Positions 48,991-57,697 of a DNA stretch of 64,000 bases are shown one piece after another (position 1 is the stretch's first letter; the number at the start of each line of letters is the position of its first letter). Under the pieces are notes generated by a model. That model searched no databases. It had not been told where the DNA came from and saw nothing but the letters and a program-made list of their open reading frames with translations. Location: positions 1,279 to 65,278 of the forward strand of contig DATDWX010000006.1 of NCBI GenBank assembly GCA_036517335.1, in the 5' to 3' direction. Made by a program: the position numbers and the translations under genes. The DNA comes from Minisyncoccota bacterium. GTDB taxonomy: Bacteria; Patescibacteriota; Minisyncoccia; Phycocordibacterales; UBA2100.

Positions 48991-49908
48991 ATGGCCAGCT
49001 TGAAGGAGATCAAGTTAAAGATCCAATCGTACAAAAAGACGGGAACGGTCACACATGCGATGGAGGCGGTGTCGGCGGTAAAAATGCGCAAAGGCCAAGA
49101 GCGCGCACTCTCGAGCCGCGCGTATGCCGCCGCAGCGCTCTCGGTATTGGAGCGGCTCGCTGGTACAGTCGACGTGTCGCGGCATCCGCTTATGCAAACG
49201 CGCACAGGCAAGGCGTGTTATATCGTTGTGACGAGCGATAAGGGCCTTGCGGGTTCTCTCAACAGCGGCGTCATCCGCCAAGTCGAACAAGCCATATCAA
49301 GGACGGTCCGTAAACAGAAAGATGTGGTGATGATCGCGCTCGGACGCCGCGGCGGCGATTATTTTGGGAGCCGCGGATATGATGTGCGCGCCAAGCACGA
49401 GAACGTGAGCGACAGTGTTTCGGAAGAACAAGTACGTGCCATTACCGACGAAGTGCTGAAATGGCACCAGACGGGGGGAATCACCGATGTATTTGTGGTA
49501 TACCAAAACTTCATCTCCACATTTGAACAACAACCAACGGTTCGTAAGATAGTTCCGATACTACCCGAAAAGATGAAAGAAATTGTTGCTGGTATCCGCC
49601 CCGCACGCGGCAGGTATGCACCTGTCCAAGGGGAGTCCTTGGACAAACCGGCGGCGTATACTATTGAGCCGGATGCAGATACGGTACTTGCAGAGCTTTT
49701 GCCGCGTCTCCTCAACATCGCCGTCTTCCACGCACTCCTCGAGAGTAAAGCTTCCGAACACAGCGCGCGTATGGTAGCGATGAAAAGCGCGACCGACAAG
49801 GCCAAAGAAATGGCCGGCAATCTCACCCGCACGTTCAACAAAGTCCGCCAAGCCGCGATCACCCGCGAAGTCTCCGAGATCACCAGCGGCATCGAAGCGA
49901 TGCGGTGA
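48991..49908 (+). CDS. atpG: F-type ATP synthase subunit gamma
   Basis: 305 aa. N-terminal KEIKLKIQSYKKT and C-terminal ...LTRTFNKVRQAAITREVSEITSGIEAMR, as in gamma subunits. Confidence 0.9.
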   Translation: MASLKEIKLKIQSYKKTGTVTHAMEAVSAVKMRKGQERALSSRAYAAAALSVLERLAGTVDVSRHPLMQTRTGKACYIVVTSDKGLAGSLNSGVIRQVEQAISRTVRKQKDVVMIALGRRGGDYFGSRGYDVRAKHENVSDSVSEEQVRAITDEVLKWHQTGGITDVFVVYQNFISTFEQQPTVRKIVPILPEKMKEIVAGIRPARGRYAPVQGESLDKPAAYTIEPDADTVLAELLPRLLNIAVFHALLESKASEHSARMVAMKSATDKAKEMAGNLTRTFNKVRQAAITREVSEITSGIEAMR

Positions 49909-49921
49909 AATCCAAAGGATC

Positions 49922-50371
49922 ATGAATGTTTTCGATGAGTGGAACGCGCAGAAAAAGCGAGCGGACGAAACAGAAATCATTTTGGGATTCAAAGAACGCG
50001 AGTTGTGGTTCATAAAAATGGGCAAGAATGTCGGGTTTGAGCAAGATGGCAAGGGCGATGAATTTCTTCGCCCCGTCCTTATATTCAAAAAATTCAATAC
50101 GCGCGTCTTCTGGGGAATACCGCTCACGAGGACTGAAAAGAAAGGACCCTTCTATTATCAACTTGCCAACATAGGTCAGCGACGCAATACCGCAATCTTG
50201 TCGCAGATCCGACTCTTTGATGCCAAGCGCCTCAAATATAAAATCGGTACATCCACAGCGGCGGATTTTGAGGATCTCAAAAAGTCATTCCAAGCGCTCG
50301 TTGAGTCGGCGGGGAAGCCCCGGAATGCTAAACCCCCGCACAAGACGGGGGAGGCCCGAAGGCGTTTGTAG
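49922..50371 (+). CDS. MazF/PemK-family toxin-like protein (endoribonuclease fold) with no antitoxin ORF in the cassette
   Basis: ELWFIKMGKNVGFEQDGKGDEFLRPVLIFKKFNTRVFWGIPLTRTEK...TAILSQIRLFDAKRLKYKIG parallels the conserved MazF/Kid blocks (DxxGxExxxxRPxVV, PxTS, CDQIRTxDKxRL). The segment is AT-richer than the flanking atp genes. Confidence 0.6.
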   Translation: MNVFDEWNAQKKRADETEIILGFKERELWFIKMGKNVGFEQDGKGDEFLRPVLIFKKFNTRVFWGIPLTRTEKKGPFYYQLANIGQRRNTAILSQIRLFDAKRLKYKIGTSTAADFEDLKKSFQALVESAGKPRNAKPPHKTGEARRRL

Positions 50372-50417
50372 GTCCATGATAACGGAGTACAATGAAAAGT
50401 CAATGAACACTTATACA

Positions 50418-50477
50418 CAAGCCGCGATCACCCGCGAAGTCTCCGAGATCACAAGCGGCATCGAAGCGATGCGTTGA
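50418..50477 (+). repeat. Duplicated copy of the atpG 3-prime end (58/60 identical to 49849..49908)
   Basis: caagccgcgatcacccgcgaagtctccgagatcacaagcggcatcgaagcgatgcgttga. In frame it encodes QAAITREVSEITSGIEAMR-stop, identical to the atpG C-terminus. Confidence 0.85.
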
Positions 50478-50706
50478 ACTGTTGTATACTTCACGCAGTC
50501 TGTGAAGGGAGATGCTGGTGATAAAGCAAATTCTCGCGGAGATCAAATCTCCAAATGCCTCAGCAATCAGACCGATCGGCCCCGGCGAAGTGTTATTCGG
50601 GCTCTTCGTTGCCGTCGCGATGCTCCTTGCCATCTTGGCGGCAGCCGGGAAATTATAGGGCCTTTTGGCGCAGTGGGGGTGGCTTAGCCAACCTTCACTT
50701 TTGCTA

Positions 50707-51567
50707 TCAGGCTCCGCGGACGACACCGAGTGATTCGACGATCAACCCCTTCAGCTCCATAGTAGAAAGCAGCACGTTGACTTCTGTTGTGGGGAGCTCA
50801 AGGGCGCGTATGAGTTCGTCGCGCGACAGCGGTGAGGCGATGAGATGCAGCACGCGGATCTCGCTTTCGGATAGATCGGTGCGCAATTCTAATGCGGCGG
50901 AGGTGCGCTCTTCGAGGCCGAGCGTCTGCAAAATATCAGCAGGCGAGGTAGCCGCCTGCGCGCCGAGGCGCAGGAATTGATGCGTGCCCTTGCTCGATTC
51001 GCTGAATATCGAGCCGGGCACAATGAGCAGGTCGCGATTGTATTCGGTCGCCAATTTCGCGGTGATGAGTGAGCCGCTCTTTTCTTTTGCTTCGATAACG
51101 AGTGTCGCATGAGAGAGCCCCACCATGATGCGATTGCGCTTGGGGAAGGTCCAGTCGGCGGCCGCGGTCTCTGGCTCTTCTTCGGAGAGCAGTGCGCCGC
51201 CTCGGGCCAATATCTCGCGCGCGAGCCCATGATTGGCCTTGGGATATAGCACATTCCAATCCAATCCGCTGCCCGGCACCGCGACCGTCTGCAATCCATA
51301 CTTGAGTGCCGCTTTGTGCGCCTCGGCGTCAATGCCGTATGCAAGGCCGGACACGATGACCACAGGGTAGCCAGCAAGCCCGCCGATAAGGTATTCGACC
51401 GCCTGACGACCGTAGGGCGTGCAGGCGCGCGAGCCCACCACCGCAAGCCATTTTTTGTCGGCACTCGGCAGCTCACCCCGAAGGTACAGGCGTTTGGGTG
51501 CGTCCGGTATCTCTCGCAAGAGCGGTGGAAAATCAGAAGGAAAAAGCTGTTTGAGGTCGTCGGCCAT
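50707..51567 (-). CDS. dprA: DNA processing protein A
   Basis: 286 aa with a Rossmann-like DprA domain (VVSGLAYGIDAEAHKAAL, GTPY, the SGSLITA region). Confidence 0.85.
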   Translation of the reverse strand: MADDLKQLFPSDFPPLLREIPDAPKRLYLRGELPSADKKWLAVVGSRACTPYGRQAVEYLIGGLAGYPVVIVSGLAYGIDAEAHKAALKYGLQTVAVPGSGLDWNVLYPKANHGLAREILARGGALLSEEEPETAAADWTFPKRNRIMVGLSHATLVIEAKEKSGSLITAKLATEYNRDLLIVPGSIFSESSKGTHQFLRLGAQAATSPADILQTLGLEERTSAALELRTDLSESEIRVLHLIASPLSRDELIRALELPTTEVNVLLSTMELKGLIVESLGVVRGA

Positions 51568-51587
51568 GTAGTGCTATCATACTATCA

Positions 51588-52865
51588 ATGCTCGATATCA
51601 AATTTATCCGTGAGAACAAAGACATCGTCGCTGCGGGAGCGAAGAAAAAACATATCCAAGTTGATCTGGATCGATTGATCGAGCTTGACGACCAGCGCCG
51701 CGCGCTGCAAGCCAAGATTGATGAAAAACGCTCGGAGCAAAATGTCGCGTCGGAAGAATTTTCGAAACTGCACGATGCAGGCATGAGAGGCCCTCTTATC
51801 GAGCGAATGCGGCCTGTAAAAGAGGAGCTACAAAAAAGGGAGAAAGAATTTGAAGATATTATAAAGGAGTGGCGGACGCTCATGCTGCAAGTGCCCAACA
51901 TCCCAGACATTTCCGTGCCGGAAGGGGAGTCGGATGAGGACAACAAAGAGGTCAGGAAGTGGGGCAACATTCCCGAGTTTGCCTTTGAGCCGAAAAGTCA
52001 TAGCGAGCTGATGCTCGAGAGCGGTATGGCCGATTTCGAGCGCGGCGCTAAGGTCGCGGGCTTCCGCGGGTATTTTCTCAAAAACGACGGCGCGCGTCTC
52101 GTGTGGGCACTCGAGAGATTCGTGCAGGACAAGTTTATGAACAAGGGTGGGTTCACGCCGATGATCGTGCCCTCGCTCGCACGCCGCGAGCCATTCATGG
52201 GCACTGGTTTTTTGCCCCAGTCAGAAGAAGATCTGTACAAGACACAAGATGGCGACTACTTGGCGGGTACCGGCGAGGTCGCAAGCATGGGCTACTACCA
52301 AGACGAGATCGTGGATAAAAAAGACTTACCCATCAAATTTTTCTCATTCAGCCCATGCTTCCGCCGTGAAGCAGGGAGCCACGGCAAGGATACAAAGGGC
52401 CTCTTCCGCATACACGAGTTTGTAAAATACGAGCAGGTGGTCTTGTGCGAGGCTTCACATGAAGCCTCCGTCGCTATGCACGAAGAATTGACCGCAAATT
52501 CGGAGCAATTGCTGCAAGAGCTGAACTTGCCATACCGTGTGGTCTTGAATTGCGGAGGCGATCTCGGCCTCGGACAAGTGAAGAAGTACGATATCGAAGC
52601 GTGGATGCCGAGCGAGCAGAAGTATCGCGAGACCCACTCGTCCTCATACTTTCACGATTTTCAGACGCGCCGCCTCAACATCAGATACCGGGGAGAAGAT
52701 GGCACCTTGCGCTACGCGCACTCGCTCAACAACACCGCGCTTGCGATGCCTCGCATCCTCTGTCAGATCGTGGAGAACTACCAGCGCTCCGACGGCTCAA
52801 TCGTAATACCCAAATTGCTGCAGGGGTATATTGGAAAGGATGTTATCGAAAAAAGGAATCGTTGA
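51588..52865 (+). CDS. serS: Seryl-tRNA synthetase
   Basis: 425 aa with an N-terminal coiled-coil arm and class II motifs (FRREAGSHGKDTKGLFRIHEF; the NNTALA region). Confidence 0.95.
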   Translation: MLDIKFIRENKDIVAAGAKKKHIQVDLDRLIELDDQRRALQAKIDEKRSEQNVASEEFSKLHDAGMRGPLIERMRPVKEELQKREKEFEDIIKEWRTLMLQVPNIPDISVPEGESDEDNKEVRKWGNIPEFAFEPKSHSELMLESGMADFERGAKVAGFRGYFLKNDGARLVWALERFVQDKFMNKGGFTPMIVPSLARREPFMGTGFLPQSEEDLYKTQDGDYLAGTGEVASMGYYQDEIVDKKDLPIKFFSFSPCFRREAGSHGKDTKGLFRIHEFVKYEQVVLCEASHEASVAMHEELTANSEQLLQELNLPYRVVLNCGGDLGLGQVKKYDIEAWMPSEQKYRETHSSSYFHDFQTRRLNIRYRGEDGTLRYAHSLNNTALAMPRILCQIVENYQRSDGSIVIPKLLQGYIGKDVIEKRNR

Positions 52866-53754
52866 TTTACGGAAACGCAAGCTGGGTGCCCCGCTTCGGA
52901 ACGTTTTGCCGCTGCGTTTCTCTGAACGCAAAAAGCCGACCCCCCTGCGCGTTCGCAGGAGGCGGACGCGCGCCCTCTTCGCACTGGGAGGGCTCGTTCT
53001 TCTTGCTGGCTCCGCCTCCGCGATCAGCTATGTCTCATATTTGCCGCGTTTCAACGTAAGCTCTATCTCCATTGTGGGTACTACCAATGTGTCGCCGAAT
53101 CTCGTCGAAGTGTACGCACAAACGCAGCTCCACGATGGTACACACCCCTACCTTTCGCCAGAAAACATTTTTCTTTACAACCCCGACCACCTCGCGCGCG
53201 CGATTGTCGGCTTCTTCCCGCGGATAAAATCGGCAAACGTTGACCGCTCCTCGATGCTCGCGACAGCCGTCATGATTACTATTGCCGAGCGGCAGCCCTT
53301 CGCACTATGGTGCAGAACAACCGATTGTTATCAGATGGATGATAGTGGGTTTATATTTGCACAGACAGACGGTTCAGCCGTTTCCACAACGCAATATGTT
53401 TTCCAAGGCGACGTATCTGCGGCATCCTCTAGTAGTGCTATCGGCCAATCGTTTGTTCCCGCGCACCTACCCGGCCTTCTTGTCCTGCTGCAATCACTCG
53501 CGCAGGCCGGCTTTCCACCGCAAGGTGCCAGCGTCGAGGGCGATCAAGATTTTACCGTACCGCTGAAAGACAGTTTCTATATTAAGGCGTCGTTTGGTGC
53601 AGACTCCGATACACTCGTCAAAAATCTGCAGCTCATCCTCACGTCAGAGGCACTGCAGGGCAATCTCGCCAGAATAGAATACGTGGACCTCCGCTTCGGC
53701 GACAAGGTGTATTACAAGTTGAAAGGCGGAAACGAGACAAAGGCTCCACAGTGA
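52831..53754 (+). CDS. Cell division protein FtsQ/DivIB-like (POTRA domain); the start may lie slightly downstream
   Basis: Basic N-terminus, a single TM segment (LFALGGLVLLAGSA), then a POTRA-like block (FNVSSISIVGTTNVSP). Confidence 0.55.
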   Translation: MERMLSKKGIVDLRKRKLGAPLRNVLPLRFSERKKPTPLRVRRRRTRALFALGGLVLLAGSASAISYVSYLPRFNVSSISIVGTTNVSPNLVEVYAQTQLHDGTHPYLSPENIFLYNPDHLARAIVGFFPRIKSANVDRSSMLATAVMITIAERQPFALWCRTTDCYQMDDSGFIFAQTDGSAVSTTQYVFQGDVSAASSSSAIGQSFVPAHLPGLLVLLQSLAQAGFPPQGASVEGDQDFTVPLKDSFYIKASFGADSDTLVKNLQLILTSEALQGNLARIEYVDLRFGDKVYYKLKGGNETKAPQ

Positions 53755-54327
53755 TCAAAACCCCATCGTGAAGGTCATGGGCTTCGCGCTCTCGTCGAGC
53801 CACTTTGAGGTGTCGAGTTTTACTTCGCGGAGTTTGCCGAGCTCTTTGTATTTCACGTGACCCTTTTGTAGCGCATAGTCGAATATCTTTTTGGTGAGCT
53901 CCACGTCTTTGAGGCAGTAGCTCCTCACTTTTTCTATTTCACCGTCGCGCCACCATCGCACCGATTGCGCGCCGCCGGCGCTTTTATTCTCCCCGAGCGT
54001 ACCCTCGGCGACGGCATCCAATTTTACGCGGCGACCGAGCGAGGTGTAAATTTCTTTGAGCAAGTCCACTGATTTAATGCGCGAGAGATCGCCGGGGTAG
54101 TATTTGTTCAAGAGCGGAATGTCGAAATGATCAGAGTTGTAGCCCACAAGCAGATCAGTTTGCTCAAGGATTTTCCACAATTTTGGCAACTCCGGTTCGA
54201 GGAAGCTGGCATAGCCTACTTCGGAGTCGTGGATCCCGATGAGCGCGATCTTCAAATCTGCCGGATCACTACCGCCGACTTCAGAAAACCAATTAGCCGT
54301 TTCAATGTCAAACGTTAGCACGCGCAT
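53755..54327 (-). CDS. DEDD-family 3-prime to 5-prime exonuclease (DnaQ/RNase T-like)
   Basis: Exo I motif LTFDIETA, Exo II YNSDHFDIPLL, Exo III YCLKDVELT. Confidence 0.7.
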   Translation of the reverse strand: MRVLTFDIETANWFSEVGGSDPADLKIALIGIHDSEVGYASFLEPELPKLWKILEQTDLLVGYNSDHFDIPLLNKYYPGDLSRIKSVDLLKEIYTSLGRRVKLDAVAEGTLGENKSAGGAQSVRWWRDGEIEKVRSYCLKDVELTKKIFDYALQKGHVKYKELGKLREVKLDTSKWLDESAKPMTFTMGF

Positions 54328-54330
54328 AGG

Positions 54331-55608
54331 TTATCCAAGCGCGCTGAACAAATGCCCCGCTATCGCATCACCCGCGAGCGTGATCTCATGCCCCGTCGCA
54401 AGATTCTTTATGGTGTAGCGGCCGGAGTCACGCTCTTTCTGACCGACGGTGATGATGAAGGGGATGCGCAACTTGTCGGCCACTCTGATCTGGTCGCCCA
54501 CCTTTTTTGAAGAGAAGTTGACAGCAACCGCCACGTCTTCACGCCGCAGATCCTGCGCGAGCTTGACCGCGTGGGTCGTTGCACTGTCCTCCACTACGCA
54601 GATCATCAGCTCGCTTGCGGGCACGTACTCTGGCATGAGGTTGTGCGCCTCGAGAAAATGCCGTGCGGTCACGTCGCCCATCCCAAATCCCACCGCTGGG
54701 ATTGAGCCTCCTCCACCCGAAGAGAATTGTGCCAAAAGATTGTCGTAGCGGCCCCCGCCAAAGAGCGAGCGGCTGTTGTCTTCATGTGTGTCGAATACCT
54801 CGAAGACCATCCCAGTGTAATAATCAAATCCCCGCGTGATCTTGGTATCCACGACCATATTGTGGATGCCCATGTGCCCGAGACGCACCCGCAAATCTTC
54901 GAGGTAGGCGGTCGAGGTGGTGCGGTCGAGCTCCTCGACAAGCGCGGTAGCCGCCGCTTCGCCCACGACCTCTGTGAGTTCACTTGCGAACTTCTCTGAC
55001 TTTGCGCGGCGGTCTAAAAGCCGCGTCACCCCAGCGCGCGCACCCTCCTCTATAGCAAGACGATCGTACAGGGTGTCCAAAATGCGTCGGTCGGACACGC
55101 GTATCTCAAAATCGCGCTCGTCGGCTCCAAGACTACGCAGCACACCGTGCGCGACCGCAATAATCTCGGCATCAGCTTCCACCCCTTCGACGCCCAAGAT
55201 ATCGGCGTTGAGCTGCCAGTGTTCGCGGAGCCGCCCTCGCTGCGGCCGCTCGTAGCGGAAAACATTGGCGATTGTGTACCAGCGCGCGGGAAAGGGTATA
55301 TCGCGAGATCGTGCAGCCACCATACGCGCCAAGGTCGGCGTCATCTCCGGGCGCAGCACCACCTCGCGCCCGCCGCGGTCGGTAAATTGGTAGGTCTGTT
55401 CACTTACGATTTCCTCGGAGGTTTTTGCACGGTACAGCTCGGCATGCTCGAGGATCGATGCGCCATATTCTTCGTAGCCGAAGAGCTCGCACACCCGCTC
55501 CATGTGTTCAAAGATGTAGCGCAAGACAAACTGGTCTTCCGGATAAAAATCCCGCACGCCCTTATACGGTTCGAGCGATACTCCTTCGCGCTTTGCCATT
55601 CCGCTCAT
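54331..55608 (-). CDS. hisS: Histidyl-tRNA synthetase
   Basis: About 426 aa starting near MAKREGVSLEPYKGVRDFYPED. Class II motifs and a HisS anticodon-binding C-terminus. The 98-aa upstream extension in the listed ORF is rejected. Confidence 0.9.
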   Translation of the reverse strand: MSGMAKREGVSLEPYKGVRDFYPEDQFVLRYIFEHMERVCELFGYEEYGASILEHAELYRAKTSEEIVSEQTYQFTDRGGREVVLRPEMTPTLARMVAARSRDIPFPARWYTIANVFRYERPQRGRLREHWQLNADILGVEGVEADAEIIAVAHGVLRSLGADERDFEIRVSDRRILDTLYDRLAIEEGARAGVTRLLDRRAKSEKFASELTEVVGEAAATALVEELDRTTSTAYLEDLRVRLGHMGIHNMVVDTKITRGFDYYTGMVFEVFDTHEDNSRSLFGGGRYDNLLAQFSSGGGGSIPAVGFGMGDVTARHFLEAHNLMPEYVPASELMICVVEDSATTHAVKLAQDLRREDVAVAVNFSSKKVGDQIRVADKLRIPFIITVGQKERDSGRYTIKNLATGHEITLAGDAIAGHLFSALG

Positions 55609-55654
55609 TATGCCTGCTGCAAAAATTTGAGCAAACGTATGTCCCGCTTTCTTT

Positions 55655-56077
55655 TTGCTATACTCGTTTTCTATGCGACTCACCGCCGACTCGCGCTTTG
55701 CTATCCGCTCATCCATGCCCGGTGTGGGGGAGGGACTTTTTGCTGTGTACCGAATAGCGGAAGGTGAATTCGTTCTCGAATATACGGGCGAGCGCTTACC
55801 CACAGGTACGGCAGAAGACGCAGGCTCACGGTATTTGTTTGTTCTCGACAAGGAATGGACAATTGATGGCTCGGTGCCAGACAATACGGCGGGATTCATC
55901 AATCACGCCTGCGAGCCCAACTGTGAAGCGAGCGTCGAGGATGGCCACATCATGATCTACGCCGTGCGCGATATTCGCTCGGGCGAAGAACTCACGATTG
56001 ATTACGGCGAAGAATATTTCAAAGAATTCATCGAGCCGGTAGGATGCAAGTGTGATAGTTGCGTACATGTACACTAA
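55655..56077 (+). CDS. SET-domain protein (putative protein lysine methyltransferase) with a Cys-rich post-SET tail; start uncertain
   Basis: GEGLFA, EYTGERL, NHACEPN (the SET pseudoknot motif), ELTIDYG, and a C-terminal CKCDSC. Confidence 0.75.
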   Translation: MLYSFSMRLTADSRFAIRSSMPGVGEGLFAVYRIAEGEFVLEYTGERLPTGTAEDAGSRYLFVLDKEWTIDGSVPDNTAGFINHACEPNCEASVEDGHIMIYAVRDIRSGEELTIDYGEEYFKEFIEPVGCKCDSCVHVH

Positions 56078-56488
56078 GTGTTTTATGATATACTCGTCGG
56101 GATGAAGAAAGGCGTACTCATCTTTTGGGGGATCATTATTGCGCTCATTGTGACCGGCGTTGCGGCGTCGCTCGTCTCTTCTGCTCAACCCAACAAGCTC
56201 GACTCGTTTGCACAGTGTTTGGAAGAAAGCGGCACCATCTTTTATGGCGCATTTTGGTGTCCGCACTGCCAGAAGACCAAGGCGATGTTTGGCTCCGCCG
56301 CCAAATACCTGCCGTATGTCGAGTGTTCCACTTCCGACGGCCAGGGGCAGACGCAAATTTGCAAGGACAAGGGCATTCAGAGCTACCCCACATGGATATT
56401 TCCCGATGGCAGCACCTTGAACGGCGAGCACACGCTCACGGAACTTTCGCAAGCAAGCAAGTGCCCGCTTCCGGCAGGCGTGCAATAG
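56078..56488 (+). CDS. Membrane-anchored thioredoxin-fold protein (DsbA-like/VKOR-associated thioredoxin-like)
   Basis: N-terminal TM segment and a CPHC active site (GAFWCPHCQKTKAMFG) in a ~100-aa thioredoxin-like domain. Confidence 0.65.
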   Translation: MFYDILVGMKKGVLIFWGIIIALIVTGVAASLVSSAQPNKLDSFAQCLEESGTIFYGAFWCPHCQKTKAMFGSAAKYLPYVECSTSDGQGQTQICKDKGIQSYPTWIFPDGSTLNGEHTLTELSQASKCPLPAGVQ

Positions 56489-56489
56489 C

Positions 56490-57059
56490 ATGTACTCGGT
56501 GGAACAACTCAACTATTTTTTGGCACTCGGCACCGTGGCGTTGCAGATCTTGGCGCTTGCCTTTTTGGCACTGTTTTTTCTACAAAAGCGGTTTCCAGAT
56601 CTGAAAGTCATCGCATCCTTCCTGAACAGGAGGGGATTGTGGCTCGGATTTTTCCTAGCGCTCGGCGCGACCAGCATGACATGGTACTACTCCGATGTCT
56701 TGGGCTTCATACCCTGTGGCTGGTGCTGGGTGCAGCGCGTTTTCCTCTGGTCGCAAGTCCCACTCTTCGGCGTTGCCCTCTGGAAATGTTCGACATCGGA
56801 TGTCGAACATCCGATGTCGAACATCAGGCGGGATGTGGCGGATTATTCCATCGCGCTATCGATCCTCGGCGGCCTCGCCGCACTCTACCAACACTACATT
56901 CAAATGGGCGGCACCTCTGTCTTGCCATGCCCCGCTTCCGGCGCTGGCGATTGCGCGCAGCGCATCATATTCGAATTCGGCTACGTCACCTTCCCCCTCA
57001 TGGCCGCAACCCTCTTCGCATTTCTCATCGTGCTGATGCTTTTTGTCCGACACAAGTAG
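56490..57059 (+). CDS. Disulfide bond formation protein B-like (DsbB/BdbC family)
   Basis: 4 TM segments with two Cys pairs in predicted periplasmic loops (PCGWCW and PCPASGAGDC). It is adjacent to the thioredoxin-fold partner. Confidence 0.6.
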   Translation: MYSVEQLNYFLALGTVALQILALAFLALFFLQKRFPDLKVIASFLNRRGLWLGFFLALGATSMTWYYSDVLGFIPCGWCWVQRVFLWSQVPLFGVALWKCSTSDVEHPMSNIRRDVADYSIALSILGGLAALYQHYIQMGGTSVLPCPASGAGDCAQRIIFEFGYVTFPLMAATLFAFLIVLMLFVRHK

Positions 57060-57081
57060 CTCTGTGATATAATCGCCCCCT

Positions 57082-57399
57082 ATGGACAAGACAACAAAGG
57101 ATGCATTCGAAAAGCTCAATACAAACATCGAGAAAGGTTTCGCCGCCATTGCAGAAGATGCGACCGCCAACAAGGACGAACTAAAAGCAGACATCGCTCG
57201 CCTGGACCTGCGTACAGAGACTATGGCTACGCAGATACAAAGTATCGAGCAGGAAGTAAAGGGGATTCGGCGTGAACTCGAGGAGCTTCGAGTGAAAGTC
57301 GAGAACATCGAGGGCTACCGCAAGGAGATCGACCACGGATTGGAGCGCATCGCCGCGATAGAAAGGCGCCTCGGGATGAATCGTAAAGTCACTTCCTAA
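57082..57399 (+). CDS. Hypothetical coiled-coil protein
   Basis: 105-aa charged heptad-repeat ORF. Confidence 0.35.
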   Translation: MDKTTKDAFEKLNTNIEKGFAAIAEDATANKDELKADIARLDLRTETMATQIQSIEQEVKGIRRELEELRVKVENIEGYRKEIDHGLERIAAIERRLGMNRKVTS

Positions 57400-57697
57400 C
57401 AAACTTCTTCTGCTTGAAAGCGCCATCTGCTTGTCGAATGATGCACTCAAGTAGTGAGGCGATTCGAATCTTTCGATCCAGGCTCGCCTTAAGCCAAACA
57501 ATCTCACCTCAGTAGGTTCGCTACCAGGTAAGCAAACCAGTTCAGCAGCATTATTCCGACTGCAATGGCGAACGGAGTCATTAGCATGGCGAGGGCCAAG
57601 CAGGTACCCCCGTCGATTTCGTCGCGGAAAGAGCGGGCGCGGCACATTAACGCACACATTAGGGACATCCTATGCTTTGGATGAACGCGCAGTAAGA

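Noticed and set aside
54331-55902. 523-aa extended hisS ORF with a 98-aa N-terminal extension
   Set aside because: The extension is low-complexity, overlaps the SET-domain gene on the other strand, and HisS homologs begin near MAKREG.../KGVRDFYPED. The start was moved to about 55608.
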